From NCBI RefSeq assembly GCF_009914755.1, contig NC_060929.1: 64,000 nucleotides of DNA; one strand, 5' to 3'. Positions 54,013-64,000 of this stretch are shown piece by piece; position 1 is the stretch's first letter; each line of letters starts with the position of its first letter. Origin of the DNA: the human T2T-CHM13v2.0 reference genome, Homo sapiens. A program made the position numbers and the translations under genes. Under the pieces are notes generated by a model. That model searched no databases. It worked only from the letters and a program-made list of their open reading frames with translations, and had not been told where the DNA came from.

Positions 54013-54439
54013 CCACTGTTTCTTTAAACCTGCTTTGTAGTGATGGTCTTAAGTGTGCTCCTGGACAAATACTTTTCAGGATCCCTTGGAGGTGTTAGGA
54101 AGCCTTATAGCCACTGTACGCAGTACAGCATGATTTCAATTAGGCACTTAAAATGTTCAGCTTGGTATTATCAATGTTTCTGCTTGGTTTTCGAAGCTTA
54201 AGCTATTTGCTATTTGTCCTTCCTATCTGGGGCCTGCTGCAAATGAAAAGAAAGGGTGTAGTCTTTCTCTTCTGAAGTTTCTGATCCTTCTAGAATTAGA
54301 GCACAAGAAACTAAGAGGCAACAGAAAATATGGTACTTGTCTCATGTCAAAGCTGGCTTTGCACTCTCCTACCTCCCAGTGTGGCCAGTGTTTAAATCTA
54401 GCTTTCTCATAAAGCACTTTTGTGGGTTCTTCAGAGATC

Positions 54440-54440
<1 letters not shown>

Positions 54441-54508
<68 letters not shown>

Positions 54509-54513
54509 AGCAG
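54441..54513. repeat. Compound microsatellite GCGCG(CA)16(CTG)10(CAG)2
   Basis: Counted directly: CA 54446-54477, CTG 54478-54507. Confidence 0.95.
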
Positions 54514-57311
54514 TTCCCAGTGGCCTGGGCAAGTGGACTCCCCTCTGTCAGTTGCTTTCGCCCTCTCCAGACCCTCATAATGTAACAGTCCATTTCCAGT
54601 TTCTCTTCTGCTCAGGCCTGTTTGCCCTCTGACATTCCTATTGGTCAGGATCTAAAATGCTCTCCAAAACATCCCCCTATGCATGTGCCCCACCTCAGGT
54701 CTGTGAGAAACAGGTTTTTGCCCACACAAGCTCTGAACAAATCCCAGCATCACAAAGCAGCTGCTAGCACATATGGTGGCTTCTACATTTTTTTGGGCTG
54801 GAGTCAGAAATTAGACCACTCTGTCCTGCTAACTGCAGGAGAAGACACATATCAAACTCTCCTAGGAGTCTCTTCCAAGCCCTTCTCATTAGGCTTGTAG
54901 TGAAACACAGGTATCCTCTTTCTTTTGGAGGGGGTACCCATAGCACACGAATACTTTGCACCGAATAAATCCTTTTCAGAAACATTCTCTTAATATCCAA
55001 CAATTTCTTTTTCCCCTTGATAGGGGTGAAAATTTGAGAGTCCCATAAGTGATTGTCAACTGTTTCCTATGAAAATTTGCATCATTGCTGGCGCCTCACT
55101 TTGGTATGACATGGGTACTGCATATTGGAGCCTTACTGAAATTTCCAAATAACACAATGTCATCAAACAAGGGATTTCAGGAACCAAGTGGTTATTTTCT
55201 GAGTATAGGTAGGTAATATTATTGTTCTCCTGTCTTCTCTCAAGGAAGCTTAATTGTTCTCATCTCTAAAGTGGGCCCTCATCCTTTCCTTGCTCAGTAA
55301 GAGCAGTAAGAAATCTTGAGGATAAAGATGACTCTGCATGGACCACAGGCCCTTGGGAATAGTTAAGTAATCTACAGAGGAAGCCTCTTTCATAAAGAAG
55401 GCAAGTAGAGGTGAAGGGCATGATGGAAAGAAGAAAACGCTAATTTCATTAGTGTTTTTCTGATCCCACCCCTACCTCGGTTTGGAGCTGTCCTCTTGTT
55501 GTATGAAGGTCTCTATTATAGCCCCCAAAGCAATGCTTATGCACAGCACAGCCAGTGGCTACTGGGCTGCCTTCCCTAACTCCTGTCAGAGAGATCAACA
55601 ATCCTTGGCTCAGTGTTTCCCTGGCGTATTTGTATCTGTGTCTATGGGTTTAAGGTGGGAGGGGTAGATGTCATCGCCTTTGACAAAATGGCTGAATATC
55701 TTTACTTTATCATGATGAAAAGACTTCTTGGTCTTCCAGTTCAGAGCCAGAGCCTGCCTTGCAAGGAATTCAAAGGCTCTGATCTGGAGCTGCTGTCAAG
55801 CCAGCAGATGGAGTCACAGTCCTCTGTGTGCTGCTGGGCCTACCTGGGCTGGTGTGCAATGTGATGCTGGGCCCAGCTCTGCAGCCAGAGGGGACAGGGA
55901 AATGAATAAAAATGATGGCACCTCATTGCCATAACTGTTGTTCTGACTGCACAGGAGTTTGATAAAATATGCTCCTGGGGAGGTTGCTTTCTTGTATCTC
56001 TCTGGAATCACTGCAGAAGCAACTGTAAGGAGTGAGTGCTCGGATTCCTGAGACAACTGTAGGGCATGGGGCAGGGAAGATGCAGAGATGACAGAACCAA
56101 GTCCTGGGCAGTGGAGGAATATGGCACAATTCGCTCACCCCTGCAAAACCTCATGGGGGAACAGGGATACAACCAGTGGCTCTTGGAGAAAGGGCAGCCC
56201 TAAGAGGAAAGTTTAGACAATGATGGTGAATTACCATCTGCTTGACTCTCCTCTGTCTGAATTGCAAGCACTGGAGTCCCTTTTACTAACATCTGTAGAC
56301 TGCTTAGGAAATTTGCTTTGGGGCTAGTAGAATTTAAGTTTCCCCGAGATTACTTTTTCCTATTCTCTAAGCACCCCCCCACACAGCTTGATAGATAGTA
56401 GCTCTTAATAAGTCACACAGGCGTGAACGGTGCTCCCACTGAGAACTCTTCTCTGCCCCTCTCCAGCCTACAGGAGGTCTTCTGTGAAAGGAGCCCTCCC
56501 CACCTCCTCTCATAGCTTCAGAATGGAGGTGGGGCAGTGGGTGGATTCCTACTCTCTGTGACTATCCTCTCTGACCTCCTCTATTTAAATAGCCCAAATT
56601 CAGAAGTAGGAGTGGACCTGAGGACCCAGCAGGATAGTCCCTCTAGCCCACGGCCTAACCCCTGCAGATGCCCAGGAAACCAGGGGGCAAGTGGGCCCCC
56701 CTGGCTGGTCCTTTGCTCAATCCTGAAGGCATCTGTGAAGGGAGCGGGGGTGCTTGGGTTCTTAGCTGCAAAGCAGGTGGCATGGTCTCCTCTTCATTGG
56801 GAACCCAGAAGTGTCTGGCAAGTCTCTCTGCCACAGGCCTCCCTGGGGACCAGAGCTCTTTGAAGAGAAGAAAAGGTTCTAGGAACAAGAAAGCTGCTGC
56901 TCTTGATGAAAAAGTCAGGAGGGAAGAAAATGAGACCAACAAGGGCTGAAGAGAACTGTCTGTGGGCTGAAGAGAATGTTAATGGCTCTGCTCCCGAGCT
57001 TCAAAGCCTGAGCTGGGTAGGAGTGCATGCACATGCCTCAGCTGTCACCTCCAGAATACTTACCAAGGACTGAGGCTTGCAAGCATTCCCAGCCTGATTT
57101 TCCCAGATCAAGCAGAGCATCTGCTAAGGCAGAAGAAAGAGAAGCCATTGGGAGATCCTAGGCCTGTTTCTGCTAGCTGGGGTTTAAACTTAACTCTTCC
57201 ATATCAGTCAACAAATGGGGTTCCCAGAGGAATTTAGGTGGCAGGGAAATGACTGGTGGGGAAATGGCTCTCATGGAACAAAGCTGGCTTTCCTGTTTAG
57301 AAAATGGTAGC

Positions 57312-57626
57312 TGCTATGGACTGAACTGTGTGCCCCCAAAATTCGTATGTTGAAGCCCTAATGCCCAGATGGTATTTGGAGGTGGGACTTTGCGGAGGCA
57401 GTCAGATTAAAGTGAGGTCATGAAGATGGGTCCCTCAGGGTGGGATTAGTTCCCTTATAGGAAGAGACACCAGAGGGCTTGGTTTCTCTACTCTGCCTCC
57501 CCCTCTCCCCCTCTTACTGCCCCCATCTTGGACTTCTAGCCTCCTGAACTGTAAGAAAATAAATGTCTGTTGTTTAAGTCACCCAGTCTATGGTATTGTG
57601 TTACATCAGCCCTGGCCAACTAACGT
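57312..57626 (+). mobile_element. MLT1A-type solo LTR
   Basis: tgctatggactgaac...cccccaaaattcgtatgttgaagccctaa...tttaagtcacccagtctatggtat; TSD gtagc. Confidence 0.8.
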
Positions 57627-57631
57627 GTAGC

Positions 57632-58048
57632 TGTATTGGATGCTGCTGGTACCCTGCCCAGATTCCCTTTACCTTTTCAGTGTATCCATCCCCCAGCTGT
57701 TATCTGGGACTCCAATAGCTCACAGATGTCCCCACCTCCAGAAAATTGCTCCCAGTGTGTAGGAGACCCTTTGTACCCTCCTGTACCCATCCCCTTCAGG
57801 TTTCAGCCAAGAGGGTACAAAGACCAGCCCCTTCATTGCAAGAAAGGATCAATTCCTTGGTGCTGTTTATGCTCTTGAGTACCCCCCAGTGGAGTCAGGC
57901 TGAGGCTAAACACAAAGTTGCAGCCATATCCTTCTCTCCTACCCTTCCCTGCTTCCTTCATTCTCTTTCTTCTGAAGCCACATCTCAATAAATCGTGTGC
58001 CTTGAATCCTACCTCAGGCTCTGCTTCTGGGGAACCTGACCTAATACA
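57632..58048 (+). mobile_element. LTR16-like ERVL solo LTR
   Basis: Starts tgtattggatgctg; aataaa then ctcaggctctgcttctggggaacctgacctaataca end. Confidence 0.6.
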
Positions 58049-58726
58049 GCCGCTCTCCCAAGTGGCAGAGTATTGAGCAACCCAAATGGCTGTAGAGAGC
58101 CCTGTGAGTATAGTGATGATTAATGCCCAATGACAACGAGCATTGGGAACAACAGCCCCTCTCTCTATGTTCAGAAAGCATAGAGGAGTAAAGGCCCACT
58201 GAAAAAGAAGTGGAGTGTGTTTTTCTAGCAATAGATGGCTCCTTCAATAGGCATCTGGCAGACAGCTGTGGTAGCAAGGGTATAAAAAGCCTTGTTAGCA
58301 GAGAGCCACAGGCTGAGGTTCCATAGGTTTAACCAGTAAAGGAAGCACATTGACTGGAAGAACCTTTGAGCCATGACTAGACAGTCAGCCGGGTAGGTCT
58401 GTGCTCTGCCTGGGAGCCAGCTGCGCCCTGAGCGCCACACTCCCCTGGGCAGGGTCCGGAGCTCTCTGGAAGAAGCCCAGCACCTGCCCAGGGAACCGGC
58501 TGCTCTGAGGAAAGGCGGCAGGTACTCAGGTCTTGTCATCCCTCTGCTATGTTTTGCTCAGCTTCTTGGCCTCTTCATGATGCTATTTTGTTCTTGGGGC
58601 TTTCTTTTTCAATCTTTTTGCAATTGTTCCCTTTAAATTTCCTCCTCCTTCCTTTCTACCCCCTGCTTTCTTCTCTGAGTCCAGGCTTCATTATTAGGGC
58701 CTGTGAGATTGGGTCTGGCTCCATTT

Positions 58727-63468
<4,742 letters not shown>

Positions 63469-64000
63469 CTTTCCCCCTTGTAATGAAGAAATTGTCAGTT
63501 CTGGAATTCAGAAGATAAAAACATGAAGGACTCTGGGGTGCCCTCAGAGCGATTCTGTGATGATGCTGGCAGATGAGGAGAGGGGAGGGAGGGAAGAGGC
63601 GGGCCCCAGGATCCAGAAGCGGTGTCATGAGTGACAAGATACTGGCCATTGCAGGAGAAGATGAGAGCCAGGTCTAAAGGGGGAACATGGGAAGCACAGA
63701 CTCATCTGCCTGGTGTGCTTAGATTCAGGCCCTCTCTGGATGGACAGGAGGAGGAGGTGCCTCTTCCCATGGCTAATGAATGAGACTCAAAACCTGCCAG
63801 ATAATCACGGTGCCTGAGTCTTCCTGAGTCCCTCAAACACAGAGAACACAAAGGGTAGTAACAGGAAACCAGGTTTCCACTGAGGGATTTTCAGTCCTAG
63901 ATCTTCCCACTCTAGCCTTTTAGCTGCTGTCAGACCACATTAGGGCAGAATCTTGAACCCAACCACATGACAGCTGCTGGGAATTTCCCCCAGAGGAGAG

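Noticed and set aside
54337-54632. ORFs with poly-Ala/Leu/Ser and HT/CV repeats
   Set aside because: Translation of the compound microsatellite; no exon evidence

Overview
Eukaryotic, Alu-dense primate DNA, recognisable as the human 5q31.2 HSPA9-ETF1 locus. It holds the complete 17-exon HSPA9 (mortalin, mitochondrial Hsp70) gene on the minus strand (ATG 35564, stop 16284). The hand-spliced CDS is 2040 nt (679 aa) with all GT-AG introns. Two intronic box C/D snoRNAs flank exon 11: SNORD63 in intron 10 and a paralogue in intron 11. About 12 kb downstream on the same strand lie the CpG-island promoter, non-coding exon 1 and first coding exon of ETF1 (eRF1). The rest (37-64 kb) is intergenic Alu, MIR, L1/L2, MLT/LTR16 and MER sequence plus microsatellites; most ORF-track ORFs are Alu or CpG-island artefacts. 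Top leads, all hypotheses needing data: (1) a 35-codon ETF1 uORF whose UAG is the last triplet of exon 1 and is in frame with the eRF1 AUG, suggesting a termination-sensing feedback switch; (2) an in-frame HSPA9 exon 16 to ETF1 exon 2 read-through fusion joined by a GGGGEK linker; (3) a possible sno-lncRNA made by in-frame skipping of exon 11; (4) recent small duplications, including a doubled AP-1/ARE site and a three-armed Alu.
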